IMG/VR virus record: IMGVR_UViG_2508501067_000008
Coordinates: 91 to 64,090 of that record
DNA length: 64,000 bases
From: a virus
Taxonomy: Duplodnaviria; Caudoviricetes
Reading direction: 5' to 3' (one strand)
A program made the position numbers and the translations under genes. A model generated the notes under the pieces. It saw only the letters and a list, made by a program, of their open reading frames with translations. It did not search any database and had not been told where the DNA came from. Positions within the stretch are counted from its first letter, which is position 1. The number at the start of each line of letters is the position of its first letter. Shown piece after piece: positions 27,044 to 36,500 of this stretch.

Positions 27044-27213
27044 CGCGGAATCACTCCGGCAATACCTGATACCAGAAACCCCGCATCAAACGATGCGGGG
27101 TTTTTCGTGCGCGGAAAACTCGCGGAATCACTCCCGCAATACTTGGTGCGGGGATTAACTCTCCCGCACGAATCCGCGGGTTGTGAAAACACGCGGAATC
27201 ACTCCCGCAATAC
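27044..27213 (+). repeat. Three 22-bp direct repeats CGCGGAATCACTCC(C/G)GCAATAC
   Basis: Copies at 27044, 27121 and 27192; copies 2 and 3 form hairpins with downstream TGCGGGA. Confidence 0.85.
27076..27105 (+). terminator. Intrinsic terminator after first early gene
   Basis: AAACCCCGCATC-AAAC-GATGCGGGGTTT then TT. Confidence 0.8.
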
Positions 27214-27574
27214 TAGATGCGGGAGAGAAGAGCGCGCAACGTGCTCTTTGCGTTACACACTGGGTTGAATCCCCGTAACGCACGCCACCCGATGACCGCC
27301 GCGATATTCGCGGGGTTATCCTAATCGAATTTCCGCACACGTTACCGTGTGCGACGGTCACCGCCGTGACCGGTAAATTGACGGCATTGCGCACAATGCG
27401 CTGAATGGTTGAGGGGCGGCCATAAACGTCCCGGTCTCGGCGAACTCACCGTCGTGTCGTGGTCCGCAGCTATGAATGTCGGGGTCTCACCGGTCTGCTT
27501 CCAAAAGACCGGTCAATTTCATCCTGTCTGCGATGTCCGGATAATTCCGTCCGGCTCGCTGTCACCAAACCACC

Positions 27575-28306
27575 ATGAGCAAACCCGCTCCCGTGGCGAT
27601 GGACAGCATCGCCAAACACGAACCGGCCGAGATTGCCGCGTTCGTCGCGACCGCCGCCGCACAGGCGAAGGTCACTTTTCTCAATGTCGCCAAGGGCATT
27701 GTTGCCCTCGAGGCCAAGGTCGGCCGTGACGAGGCGAAGGCTTTCTACAAGAAAGCCGGAGTCACGGAGCACACCCTCAAGAACGCCCGTCAGGCCGTGC
27801 AGGTCTGGGAGGACGTTGTCACCGCCAAACATGCCGACGAGGCGTGGTTCGACCAGCTCACCTACATGGACTGTGTCGTCATCAACCGCGCCATCCGCGC
27901 GGTGACGGTCAAACCGCTCGTCGAGCAGGGTCTCTTCAAGAAGCGTCCCGCCCTCGCCTACGGCCAGTTCGAGAAAGCTGCCGACGGATCGCCGGCCAAG
28001 GAGGAAACCCCGCCCCAGAAAGTGGCGAAACCCGCCAAGGCACCCGCCCCCTCGAAGAATGACGACGAAGGGGAGGAAACGACGCCACCCAAACAGGCGA
28101 AGCGTCCGGATGTCGCCGCGGTCGAGAAAATCGAAGCCGCCGAGAAAGCCGTCCTCGGTCTCGTCGACCTGGCGGATCAGGTCACGGCGGAACGGGTCTA
28201 CCAGCGCCTCCTCGCGACGCAACTCGCCGTCAAGATGGCGATGGAAAAGCGGTGGAAGCCCGTCCACGTCGAGGAGCTCCGTAACGTCAGCACCCGCGCG
28301 TCCTGA
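27575..28306 (+). CDS. Hypothetical early protein
   Basis: 243 aa, strong phage-like codon bias, A/C-rich leader. Confidence 0.75.
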   Translation: MSKPAPVAMDSIAKHEPAEIAAFVATAAAQAKVTFLNVAKGIVALEAKVGRDEAKAFYKKAGVTEHTLKNARQAVQVWEDVVTAKHADEAWFDQLTYMDCVVINRAIRAVTVKPLVEQGLFKKRPALAYGQFEKAADGSPAKEETPPQKVAKPAKAPAPSKNDDEGEETTPPKQAKRPDVAAVEKIEAAEKAVLGLVDLADQVTAERVYQRLLATQLAVKMAMEKRWKPVHVEELRNVSTRAS

Positions 28307-28647
28307 TGCGCGTCCTCATCCTCCGTGCAACGCTCCCGGCATTGCACGGCCTTCTCGGAGTGCCGCTTTTCGTCATCGGACAGAGACCGCCGTGGCGGCT
28401 GCCGTCATGGCTCGTCTGGAACCCCGGCCCCGGCGACAAACCGCCGGATGATCCTTTCCGCGCCAGTCACGACCCTCCGGCGCGTTTGCGTAGAATAACA
28501 ATCAACCTTTGCCGTCCCGCACGTGGTTGGAACGTGGTCAGGGTCGACATCTCTCGAAAAGACAGACAGGCCCCGCATCGCCTTGGTAGGTGCGGAACGG
28601 TAGCGAAGACAAAGGGTCGACAACCGGACCCGCTACCGTTGAATACC

Positions 28648-28710
28648 GGCGTTCCCCGATGGTCGGGCAGGATGATAGCCCTGCGCGGTTCGATTCCGCG
28701 GTCGCCGCCA
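28648..28710 (+). ncRNA. Compact tRNA-like RNA (T-arm plus CCA end)
   Basis: CGCGG-TTCGATT-CCGCG T-arm then GTCGCCGCCA; two upstream hairpins; 5' end uncertain. Confidence 0.45.
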
Positions 28711-28791
28711 CTTTCCCGACCGGCGAGGTTCAACCTCGGGTGCGCGCACCTGACAACAACAACGTGGGGCCTGCGTGGGCACCCTTCTTCT

Positions 28792-28872
28792 GCGGCCGAC
28801 GCTCGCGTTGGTTCGAAGCCGGCACCTGAACCGTGTCGTGATCAAGCGGAGGTTCGATTCCTCCCGGCCGCA
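28792..28872 (+). tRNA. Atypical tRNA-Phe(GAA)-like
   Basis: Perfect acceptor GCGGCCG/CGGCCGC plus A73, D-loop GG, GGCAC-CTGAACC-GTGTC anticodon arm, GGAGG-TTCGATT-CCTCC T-arm; non-canonical A8, G14, C37; no encoded CCA. Confidence 0.7.
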
Positions 28873-28981
28873 TTCCTTTTCCGACTCAGCCTCGGCGGGC
28901 TGCCACGTCCCGCGGCAACAGAACCCTACGTGTTGGCCCGAACGGGTACGCGGGCAAACCGAAGACACCCACCAATTTTTC

Positions 28982-29077
28982 GAGGATCGGCAGACGGCGC
29001 CCTATCTGCGGTCAGGTAAACTGGCCCAGCCAGACAGGCTGTGTCAGTAGTCGGTTCGAGTCCGACCGTCCTCACCA
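28982..29077 (+). tRNA. Atypical class-II tRNA-like (Leu-UAA by position)
   Basis: GAGGATC/CGTCCTC acceptor plus ACCA, 5-bp D-stem, GGTCA-GGTAAAC-TGGCC arm, CAGCC/GGCTG variable arm, GTCGG-TTCGAGT-CCGAC T-arm. Confidence 0.58.
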
Positions 29078-29239
29078 CTTTCGTTCAATTCGGGCATTCC
29101 CGTGCCTGGCCTGAGCCTGCTTTCGAAACCGAACAGGACAGGCACTTGAGACCCGCGGGGCGCAGCCTGCGAAAGCGCGCAAAAGAAATCAACAGGCCGC
29201 CCGCCGGAGCGTCATCCGGCACCACCTTTCCACCACGCC

Positions 29240-31356
29240 ATGAGCACAACCTCCCGTCAGCGTACCGCCAAACAACCTCGCCGCGTTCGCGGTGCCCATC
29301 CCGGCGACAAGCCGGTCCCGTCCGGTCCGAACCGGCACCTGATTCGTCGCAAGGCAGTCGGCCTGTTCCGCCCCGCCGATGCCGACCAGTCGCCGGGTGG
29401 CGCCTTCGGCAAGCCGGATCACAAACGCGCCGATAGCGACAGGCGCATCGTGCGCCGCAACGCCCGCAAGCAACTCGCGTTGCTGGGCGTGTCATCCGGG
29501 AAGTGATTCCCGTTCGGTTCGGTTATCGTACCCGATTTTTTAGATACGATGCACAAAACTGCAACCCTTCACCTCGTCGCATTGCTCCTGCTGCTCGCCC
29601 TGTTCGGCGTGGCGGGAGCATTCGACTGTCCGCTATGACTATCGTCAAACTCGATAAAGCCGCTGTCGTCTCGATCTTCAACCACGCCAGCAGCCAGCAA
29701 GAGTATCTCGAAGGTCTCTACCGGCTTGTAATCCCGGAGTGGGAAACCGTCGAGCAAGTTACCGAATACCCTGTGTGCTCCCGGGACACATGGATGGAAA
29801 TCTGTAAACTGGCTCGATCCTTCGACGAGAACCTTAACAAGAGCCGCACCCACAACAACAACAAGATCATGCCAGGTGGCGCGTGGATGAATTCGGGTTT
29901 CGGCACAGCCAACGATGGCGAACTCGCCCTGTGGGAAGTCCGGCCACCCGATCCAGCGAAAATCCTCCGCAAACAACCCGTGTCGGTATGAACCCGCGCA
30001 TCCACCTCGAAGCCTGCCGGATCGTCCGCGAGCGGAAGGCGCCGGATTACCGTGCCGCCTGCGCCATGATCGCGAAACGTCGTCGGTATCAACCGCAACC
30101 CGTCCAACCGCGCCTTGTGCGTATGCCCTACCGTGACGACTGACTATCTTTCAATCCCGCTGCGTCGACGCCTTGAATTGGTGAAGAAGCGTACGGATGT
30201 CGACAGTTGCATCGGCGACTGGACGGCCCGGCGCCACACCATCCGCTATTTCCTCGACAGGAAATCCGGCTCGGGTGGCGAGCCGTGGCAATGCGGTGGA
30301 TGCACCGTCCGATTCTGCGAACAGGCCGACGATGTATTCCCCGAGCTTCGTTTCGCCCACAAGGTCAATACGTACCTCCGGCACACCGGCTGGTATGTGG
30401 ACAACCTCCATGACGAAACCACCGTCGGCGTCGTCGTGACGCTTCCGGGCCGCCGCGGTTTCGCAGCCGCCACCACCGACCCGTGGAACTTCGGCATCGA
30501 GTCGATGACCGGCCCCCTGATCGTCGAGATCGGCGAGACGTACGCCGAAGAAAGCGATGCCGCCCGGGCTGCCGACCTGCTCGCCAGAAAGACGGCCTGC
30601 TACACCCGCATCGCGAAGTTGCAGGAAAACTACTGGGAGGCCGTGCGGTGAAGGGAAATTTTCCCGATAGGTCACGCAGAAACCAGCTCCACAATTCGCC
30701 GGTTATCGTAACCGAGTATTGAATACGATGAACGAATCCAAACCCAAGCTTGACAACGGGCTTGAACAGTGGTGCAAGGAATACTGCCCCACCCTGCCGG
30801 CCCGCATCGAGGCAGTCGTTGCCGAATGGGGCATCAGCGTCACCGATCAGGGACACGCCCGCGATCTCCTGTTGGAACATGTCCGCCAGTCCGTCGCCAC
30901 AACTTCATGACACCCGATCAATACCGGAAACGCCTTCTGCCCTTCGTTCGCCTCCTGTTCGACACCCTGTCTCCCGCGCAGCAACGGCTTATCGCCGCCA
31001 AACATAAGGACGCGCCCGAAGACGTTCGTGAGGTCCATAATCCGGAAAACGTAAGCGCGGACCAACTACCGGATGGGTATCGGTTTCTCTACATCGACGA
31101 ACTGAACAACACGGATAGTATGCCCTTCGCCAAAATCTGGGTCGAGAGCGATGATAGGTGGGGTGACCCTATACCTGCCCGGGAACGTTATCTCGACAGG
31201 TTCACCTACGCCATCCCCATCAACCTCCCCGACAAAGAATCTCCGGCGTCATCCGACGCCGCCACACCAACCACATCAAAGGACAACATGCCCGCACCCG
31301 TACCGCCCAGATCCGTCAGGAAATCCGCCATCCAGATACTCGACGAGGGGGCCTGA
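29240..31356 (+). CDS. Array of small early hypothetical genes (29240-29506, 29549-29638, 29635-29991, 29988-30143, 30133-30651, 30728-30910, 30907-31356)
   Basis: Tightly packed, ATGA/GTGA-coupled ORFs; 29549-29638 is a 29-aa hydrophobic peptide found by hand. Confidence 0.6.
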
Positions 31357-32771
31357 ACTGAGCCAGGCCACCGCCGACGTCACCGTCAAACATTTCGGCA
31401 CCGCCATCGTGCTGCCCGCGTCGCCGACGCCGATGTCGGCCGGTGAAGCCGTCGAGCACCTCAAGCGTCTTCAGAAACTCGGAGAACGCGTCGTCGGAGT
31501 AAACGAACTGGTCAAGGTCTACCCGTTCGACGGTGCCGTCGCCTTCATGAAGGCAATGCAGCGCAAGTTCGGGTGGGCGCAACCTGTGCCGACGCCCGGC
31601 TTCTTCGGCGATCGTGCTCCTGCCACCGTCAGTATCGAATCCGGTCCGAACGAGACCGCGACGATCTTCTGGGGTCGCTTCGAGATTCCCGGTGTCGACG
31701 GTTATGTCGAATGCGGGTTCTCCCGCACGGACGACAACGAACCGGTCTTCGAGATCGGCGGCGAAGTGAAGCAGGCGCACCTTGCGGTGGTTGCGGAACT
31801 CGCCCAGCTCACTCGGCAAATCGCCCGTGACGAATCCATCTATCGCGGCAAGGCTCTTCGACTCCGGATCAACGAGGACGGCGACATCAACGTCAACGCG
31901 GCCCCGGGATTCATCGACCTGCGCAACCGCACGGAACTGATCCTCCCCGATCTCGTCGACGCCTCCGTCCGCGCCAACCTGCTCACGCCCATCGAGCGCA
32001 CCGACGCCTGTCGTCGTGCCGGCATTCCGGTGAAACGCGGTGTGATTCTCTCCGGACCTCCCGGTACAGGCAAAACGCTCGCCGCTTTCGAGGTCGCCCA
32101 CAAGTGCATCGAGAACGGATGGACGTTCATTCTCGTTCCGAAGTGCAAGAGCCTCGCTGATGCGATGCTGTTCGCCACCCGGTATGCTCCGGCGGTGGTC
32201 TTCGCCGAGGACATTGACCAGATCACCTCCGGTGATCGCAACGAGGCGTTCAACCACCTCCTGAATACCGTCGACGGCGTCAACACGAAGAATCAGGACG
32301 TGATGCTGGTCTTCACGACCAACCATCTCGGCAACATCGAACGTACGATGGTCCGCCCCGGCCGTATCGACGCCATCATCGAGTTTCCGCCACCCGATCA
32401 TGCCACCATCGAGCGTTTCCTCCGCTACTACGGCGGCAGTCTGATCGAACCGGACATGAGCCTGATGCGGTCGTGTGACGCCCTCGAGGGCGCCATTCCC
32501 GCCATCGTCCGGGAAGCGGTCGAACGTGCCAAACTCTACGCCCTCTCCCGTGGCGCCGATCCGGATCACATCCGGCTCACGGATGACGACATTCTCGTCG
32601 CCGTGAAGACAATGGAGGCACACACAGTTCTTCCGCAGCAAGCGGGAGAAGGTCGTGACGCCGGAGGAACAGGTCGGGATCGCTCTCAAGGCGCTGCTGA
32701 CCGCCGGTACGGTTCCCACGGACGAAATCAAGTCCGACACCAAACGGATCGTCGCCCGGGTTCAGGCGTAA
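31288..32771 (+). CDS. AAA+ ATPase (FtsH/CDC48-like), apparently with two frameshifts
   Basis: GPPGTGKT, VVFAEDID, LLNTVDG, TTNH, RPGRID; reading frame breaks at G5 (31347-31351) and (CA)4 (32619-32626). Confidence 0.82.
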
Positions 32772-32789
32772 TCGCATATACACTACACC

Positions 32790-32824
32790 GCCCGTATCGT
32801 GATTATACGATACGGGCTTTATTT
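32790..32824 (+). terminator. Intrinsic terminator after AAA+ gene
   Basis: GCCCGTATCGT-GATTAT-ACGATACGGGC then TTTATTT. Confidence 0.7.
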
Positions 32825-32835
32825 CCGTTCCTGTC

Positions 32836-33741
32836 ATGAGCACCAACCTCGCCAAGAAAGTCCTGTGCGTAAACCTGCGCACAACGTGCCTCGGGTCCAC
32901 GGTCACCGATCCGATCCTCACCGCCGACCTGCGCCAGAAAACCGGCGCCGAGGAAGGCGCTGTCCGCGCCACCAAGAAGATTCTGGAGGACGCGACCAAA
33001 CCGATGCGGAAATTGCGTGCCGAACTCGGTCGCTATATCCGCAGTGTCACGCTCCCCGGTATCAGTGACGATCTACGTATCGTCACCCCGAAACGTCTGG
33101 AGGAAATCCGCCAGAAGATCGCCGACTACGAAGCCCGGGACGCGGACCTTGTTGCCGAACTGGCGGACAACTACCAGACCCACAAGGATGCGGACAAGGT
33201 GCGTCTCGGTACGGCTTACGACGAGACGCTCTACCCGCCGGTCGAAAACCTCCCGGCCTTCTTCACGCTCCGGCTCACGGTCTGCGACTTGCCGGCCGGC
33301 GACTACTTCCGCGTCGAAGGTCTTACCGAGGAGGCCATCCAGAAGATGAAGAACGAGCACGCCAAGATGCTTGAAGCCGTCTCGGCGACCGCGAAAAACG
33401 AGGTCCACAAGAAACTCGTCGGACTCATCCAGCACATCGCCGACAAACTCACCGATCCCGACGCGAAGAAATTCTACGACTCCACGTTCACCAACCTGCA
33501 CGAATACCTCGCGCAGGTTCCGGACCTCAACATCACCGGCGATCCGCAACTGGAGGAGATGCGCAAGGAGGCGCTTGAAAAACTCAGCTTCACAATGGAG
33601 CAGATCAAGGCGTCGGCCATCCTGAAAGAGCAGGCTGCCGCGGCGGCGAAAGACTTCCTCTCCAAGTTCGGCGCCAGCAACCGCAAGGTCCTCGTGATGC
33701 CGCCGACCTCGGCGGAAAACGACACGCCGGCTGCTGCCTGA
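32836..33741 (+). CDS. DUF3150-like phage protein
   Basis: TLPG...LRIV, RLGTAYDETLYP, VPDLNITGDPQLE pattern recalled from this family. Confidence 0.55.
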   Translation: MSTNLAKKVLCVNLRTTCLGSTVTDPILTADLRQKTGAEEGAVRATKKILEDATKPMRKLRAELGRYIRSVTLPGISDDLRIVTPKRLEEIRQKIADYEARDADLVAELADNYQTHKDADKVRLGTAYDETLYPPVENLPAFFTLRLTVCDLPAGDYFRVEGLTEEAIQKMKNEHAKMLEAVSATAKNEVHKKLVGLIQHIADKLTDPDAKKFYDSTFTNLHEYLAQVPDLNITGDPQLEEMRKEALEKLSFTMEQIKASAILKEQAAAAAKDFLSKFGASNRKVLVMPPTSAENDTPAAA

Positions 33742-33777
33742 TTTTCATCGGATTATCGTAATAAAACGCAATAATTT

Positions 33778-34599
33778 ATGCCTGCCAAAAAGAAGACCAA
33801 AAAGAAAACACGCAGCGCCAGGAAGGCGCCAGCCGCCACTACTGCTATCGTCGAGGCAACCCCGGTGCAGCCGCCTGCGCCAATCCTCTCCACCGTCCGT
33901 CCGCACACCTGGACGAACCATGGCGACGAGGTTCTCATTCTCAAACGGGTCAACCCAGACCGGACTGCCCGCGGCGGGTTCAAATATCCGGCCGGCGTCG
34001 GATCGAAGGTCGAGCCGGAATCGTGGGATTCGTCTCCGTCCTGCGGCGAGGGTCTCCATGGTTGGCCGTGGGGCTTTGGTCTCGGAGAGGGCATGAACTA
34101 CGATCCCCTCGAGGACATCTGGCTCGTCCTCGGCGCCAAGCCGGAGGATGTTGTCGGCGAACTCGAAGGCGGACAGAAGTGCAAATGTCGTCACGCCACG
34201 ATCCGGTACGAAGGGTGTTTTGCCGGGGCGCTCGCCCTTATCCGGGAAGGCTTCCACGCCTGCATCGTCGAGATGTCCAAGGTGGTCATTCCACCCGGCG
34301 GTGCCCCTTCTCCGACCGCTTCCGACCGATACAGGGCTTACCTCGCGGCCTCGGGTGGCTACTCGCAACTCGCGGCCTCGGGTGGCTACTCGCAACTCGC
34401 GGCCTCGGGGCGAAATTCGATCGCCGTCTCCTCCGGCCTGAACAGTCGGGTGAAAGTCGGTGAAAACGGCGTCTTCGCCCTCTGCTACTGGGCCGGTGAC
34501 GACAAGGGCTACGAAATCCTCGTCGGCAAAGTGGGAGTCGATGGCATCAAGGCCGATACGTGGTACGTCGTCCGGGACGGCAAAATCGTCGCCGAATGA
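33778..34599 (+). CDS. Phage protein with AASG repeats (DUF7666-like)
   Basis: CGEGLHGWPWG, KCKC, repeats, C-terminal GVDGIKADTWY. Confidence 0.65.
   Translation: MPAKKKTKKKTRSARKAPAATTAIVEATPVQPPAPILSTVRPHTWTNHGDEVLILKRVNPDRTARGGFKYPAGVGSKVEPESWDSSPSCGEGLHGWPWGFGLGEGMNYDPLEDIWLVLGAKPEDVVGELEGGQKCKCRHATIRYEGCFAGALALIREGFHACIVEMSKVVIPPGGAPSPTASDRYRAYLAASGGYSQLAASGGYSQLAASGRNSIAVSSGLNSRVKVGENGVFALCYWAGDDKGYEILVGKVGVDGIKADTWYVVRDGKIVAE
34342..34409 (+). repeat. 27-nt tandem coding repeat, 2.5 copies
   Basis: CTCGCGGCCTCGGGTGGCTACTCGCAA, encoding LAASGGYSQ. Confidence 0.9.
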
Positions 34600-35066
34600 G
34601 CACCCTCACCCACCTTACCGGCGACGCCACCCGTCCCGTCGGACCCGGTTCGAAAATCATCGTCCACTGCTGTAACGACATCGGTGCGTGGGGCGCGGGC
34701 TTTGTGCTCGCGCTCTCGCGCCGGTGGCCGCAACCCGAAACGGAGTATCGCACCTCGGCACGTGTATCCGAACTCGTTCTCGGCGAGATACAACTCGTGC
34801 CGGTGGAACAGGACATCACTGTCGTCAACCTTATCGGTCAGCACGGCACCGGGCACCGTAATGGCGTCCCGCCAATCCGGTACGAAGCTATCTCGGAGGG
34901 ACTGTCAAAACTCGCCGTACACGCCAGGCACCATGGCGCTTCCGTTCACATGCCCAAAATGGGCGCCGGCCTCGCCGGCGGTGACTGGGATCAGATCGAG
35001 GAGATCGTCCGCAACACCCTGTGCGCCGCCGGGATTCCCGTCTTCGTCTACACCTTTGATCCATAA
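34596..35066 (+). CDS. Macrodomain (ADP-ribose hydrolase)
   Basis: GDAT, IVHCCN..GAWGAGFV, MPKMGAGLAGGDW. Confidence 0.88.
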   Translation: MSTLTHLTGDATRPVGPGSKIIVHCCNDIGAWGAGFVLALSRRWPQPETEYRTSARVSELVLGEIQLVPVEQDITVVNLIGQHGTGHRNGVPPIRYEAISEGLSKLAVHARHHGASVHMPKMGAGLAGGDWDQIEEIVRNTLCAAGIPVFVYTFDP

Positions 35067-35081
35067 CAACCGCAACACATC

Positions 35082-35516
35082 ATGTCACACGTCGAATCTG
35101 TGTCGGTAAAAATCACCGATCTCAACTCCCTCAAAGCAGCCTGCGCACGTCTCGGGGTCGAATTCCTCGAGGGCAGGAAAACGTACAAGTGGTACGGTCG
35201 CAGCGTCGGCGACTACAAGCTGCCGGAAGGGTTCACGGCCGAAGACCTCGGCAAGTGCGAACACGCCATTCGCGTCCCCGGTGTCGATTACGAAATCGGC
35301 GTCGCCAAAGCCCCGGACGGAAAAGGGTACACCTGCCTCTACGACTTCTGGGGTCCCGGCGAGGGCCTCCTGAAAAAGTTCGGCAAGGGCCTTACCAAAC
35401 TCGTCGACATGTACTCCCTCGAAACGCTCAAGGCCAAAGCCCGGGCGAAAGGGTATCTTTCGCGAGAGGCCGCACTGCCAAACGGCAAAACCCGACTCAT
35501 CGTCACCGTTCCCTGA
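35082..35516 (+). CDS. DUF1257/Ycf35-like protein
   Basis: MSHVESVSVKITDLNSLKAACARLG...YDFWG pattern; next to DUF2997-like gene. Confidence 0.65.
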   Translation: MSHVESVSVKITDLNSLKAACARLGVEFLEGRKTYKWYGRSVGDYKLPEGFTAEDLGKCEHAIRVPGVDYEIGVAKAPDGKGYTCLYDFWGPGEGLLKKFGKGLTKLVDMYSLETLKAKARAKGYLSREAALPNGKTRLIVTVP

Positions 35517-35521
35517 TCGTC

Positions 35522-35698
35522 ATGCCACTCTTCCGGGTCACCATCACCGAAACCCTGAGATACTCCTACTCCACCGAAGCCGAGACAGCCGGCGAGGCGG
35601 AAGAAATTGCCCTTCAGGAACACGCCGACGGTAACCCGGACGTCAACTTCGAGGCATGCACCCATCGCAGCGCCTCGGCCACTGAAGAACCCGAATGA
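35522..35698 (+). CDS. Small acidic hypothetical protein
   Basis: 58 aa MPLFRVTITETLRYSYSTEAETAGEAEEIA. Confidence 0.55.
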   Translation: MPLFRVTITETLRYSYSTEAETAGEAEEIALQEHADGNPDVNFEACTHRSASATEEPE

Positions 35699-35886
35699 AA
35701 CAGATCGTATTCACCATAGGTGACGGACAGGTCGAACTTGAAGCCAAAGGTTTCAAGGGCGGTGCCTGTGAAGCCGCAACCAAAGCCTTCGAGGAAGTCC
35801 TCGGCGGCACCGTCAGCAACAAAAAGCGCAAGACCGAGTACTACGAAAAGGAACCGGTCGTGCATCTCAAGGCAGGAGCCCGATAA
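35695..35886 (+). CDS. DUF2997-like protein
   Basis: GQVELEAKGFKGGACEAATKAFEEVLG...TEYY. Confidence 0.8.
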   Translation: MKQIVFTIGDGQVELEAKGFKGGACEAATKAFEEVLGGTVSNKKRKTEYYEKEPVVHLKAGAR

Positions 35887-35887
35887 C

Positions 35888-36259
35888 ACGAACGACGAAG
35901 ACAACCACGACGAGAAATCCGCCAAGCTCGCGGAATTCCTCGAAAAGGGTGCGAGAATTGCACTCGAACATCGTGCCCACGAGCTGGGTGTCTTGGCCTG
36001 CGGGGTCGCCAGGATCGGGCTGGGCCACACGATGGCCTTCCGGCTCGGCCGCAAGCCCGGCACGCCGACGATGGATGAGCCGACAGCCGTGGTGGCTACC
36101 ATCGCGGGCTGTATTCCGGACGATCTGATCGATGGCTTGATGGACTACCTGAAAGGGATGGCCCAGGACATTGGCACGCAGTCGGGAATAACCACCAAGA
36201 CTGTACGGGATGATTTCACCAAGAATCCTCCTTCTTCTTCTTCTTCCGATGGCGACTGA
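35888..36259 (+). CDS. Hypothetical protein, apparent ACG start
   Basis: Coding-like frame starts right after the upstream stop with ACG AAC GAC GAA; no nearby ATG. Confidence 0.5.
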   Translation, partial: TNDEDNHDEKSAKLAEFLEKGARIALEHRAHELGVLACGVARIGLGHTMAFRLGRKPGTPTMDEPTAVVATIAGCIPDDLIDGLMDYLKGMAQDIGTQSGITTKTVRDDFTKNPPSSSSSDGD

Positions 36260-36500
36260 AGCAGTCATCGTCGTCGGTGACGGCAGGGTCACCGCACTGG
36301 CGGGCGGGCCGGTCTCGATTGCCGATATGGGAAAACGCTCTACCCGCCGGGCTTCCCACCTCGACTTCGACCCCGCAAAAAACGAGTGGGTCGTATGGGA
36401 CTCCGAAAAAACAAACTCCCTGTACTCGCATCCCGATTACAACGTAGCTCTTCAATGGGAAACAGACCACTTCAACCGGCTTCTCAGTCTGATCGGGTAG
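36249..36500 (+). CDS. Small protein with RRASH motif
   Basis: GKRSTRRASHLDFD...W; recalled as co-occurring with DUF1257/DUF2997 clusters. Confidence 0.55.
   Translation: MATEAVIVVGDGRVTALAGGPVSIADMGKRSTRRASHLDFDPAKNEWVVWDSEKTNSLYSHPDYNVALQWETDHFNRLLSLIG

Noticed and set aside
27044-27213. Mini CRISPR array
   Set aside because: Only three copies; the intervening 55 and 49 nt segments share sequence with each other and one is a terminator; no cas operon (the Cas4-like gene is a typical phage recombination nuclease 28 kb away)
28431-28710. tmRNA or intron-containing tRNA
   Set aside because: The 7-bp long-range pairing may be chance in GC-rich DNA; no G3-U70 alanine identity, no tag ORF, no group I core recognised
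28306-29019. 237-aa CDS
   Set aside because: Runs through the tRNA-like structures with Pro/Arg-rich junk; at most a short N-terminal part could be real
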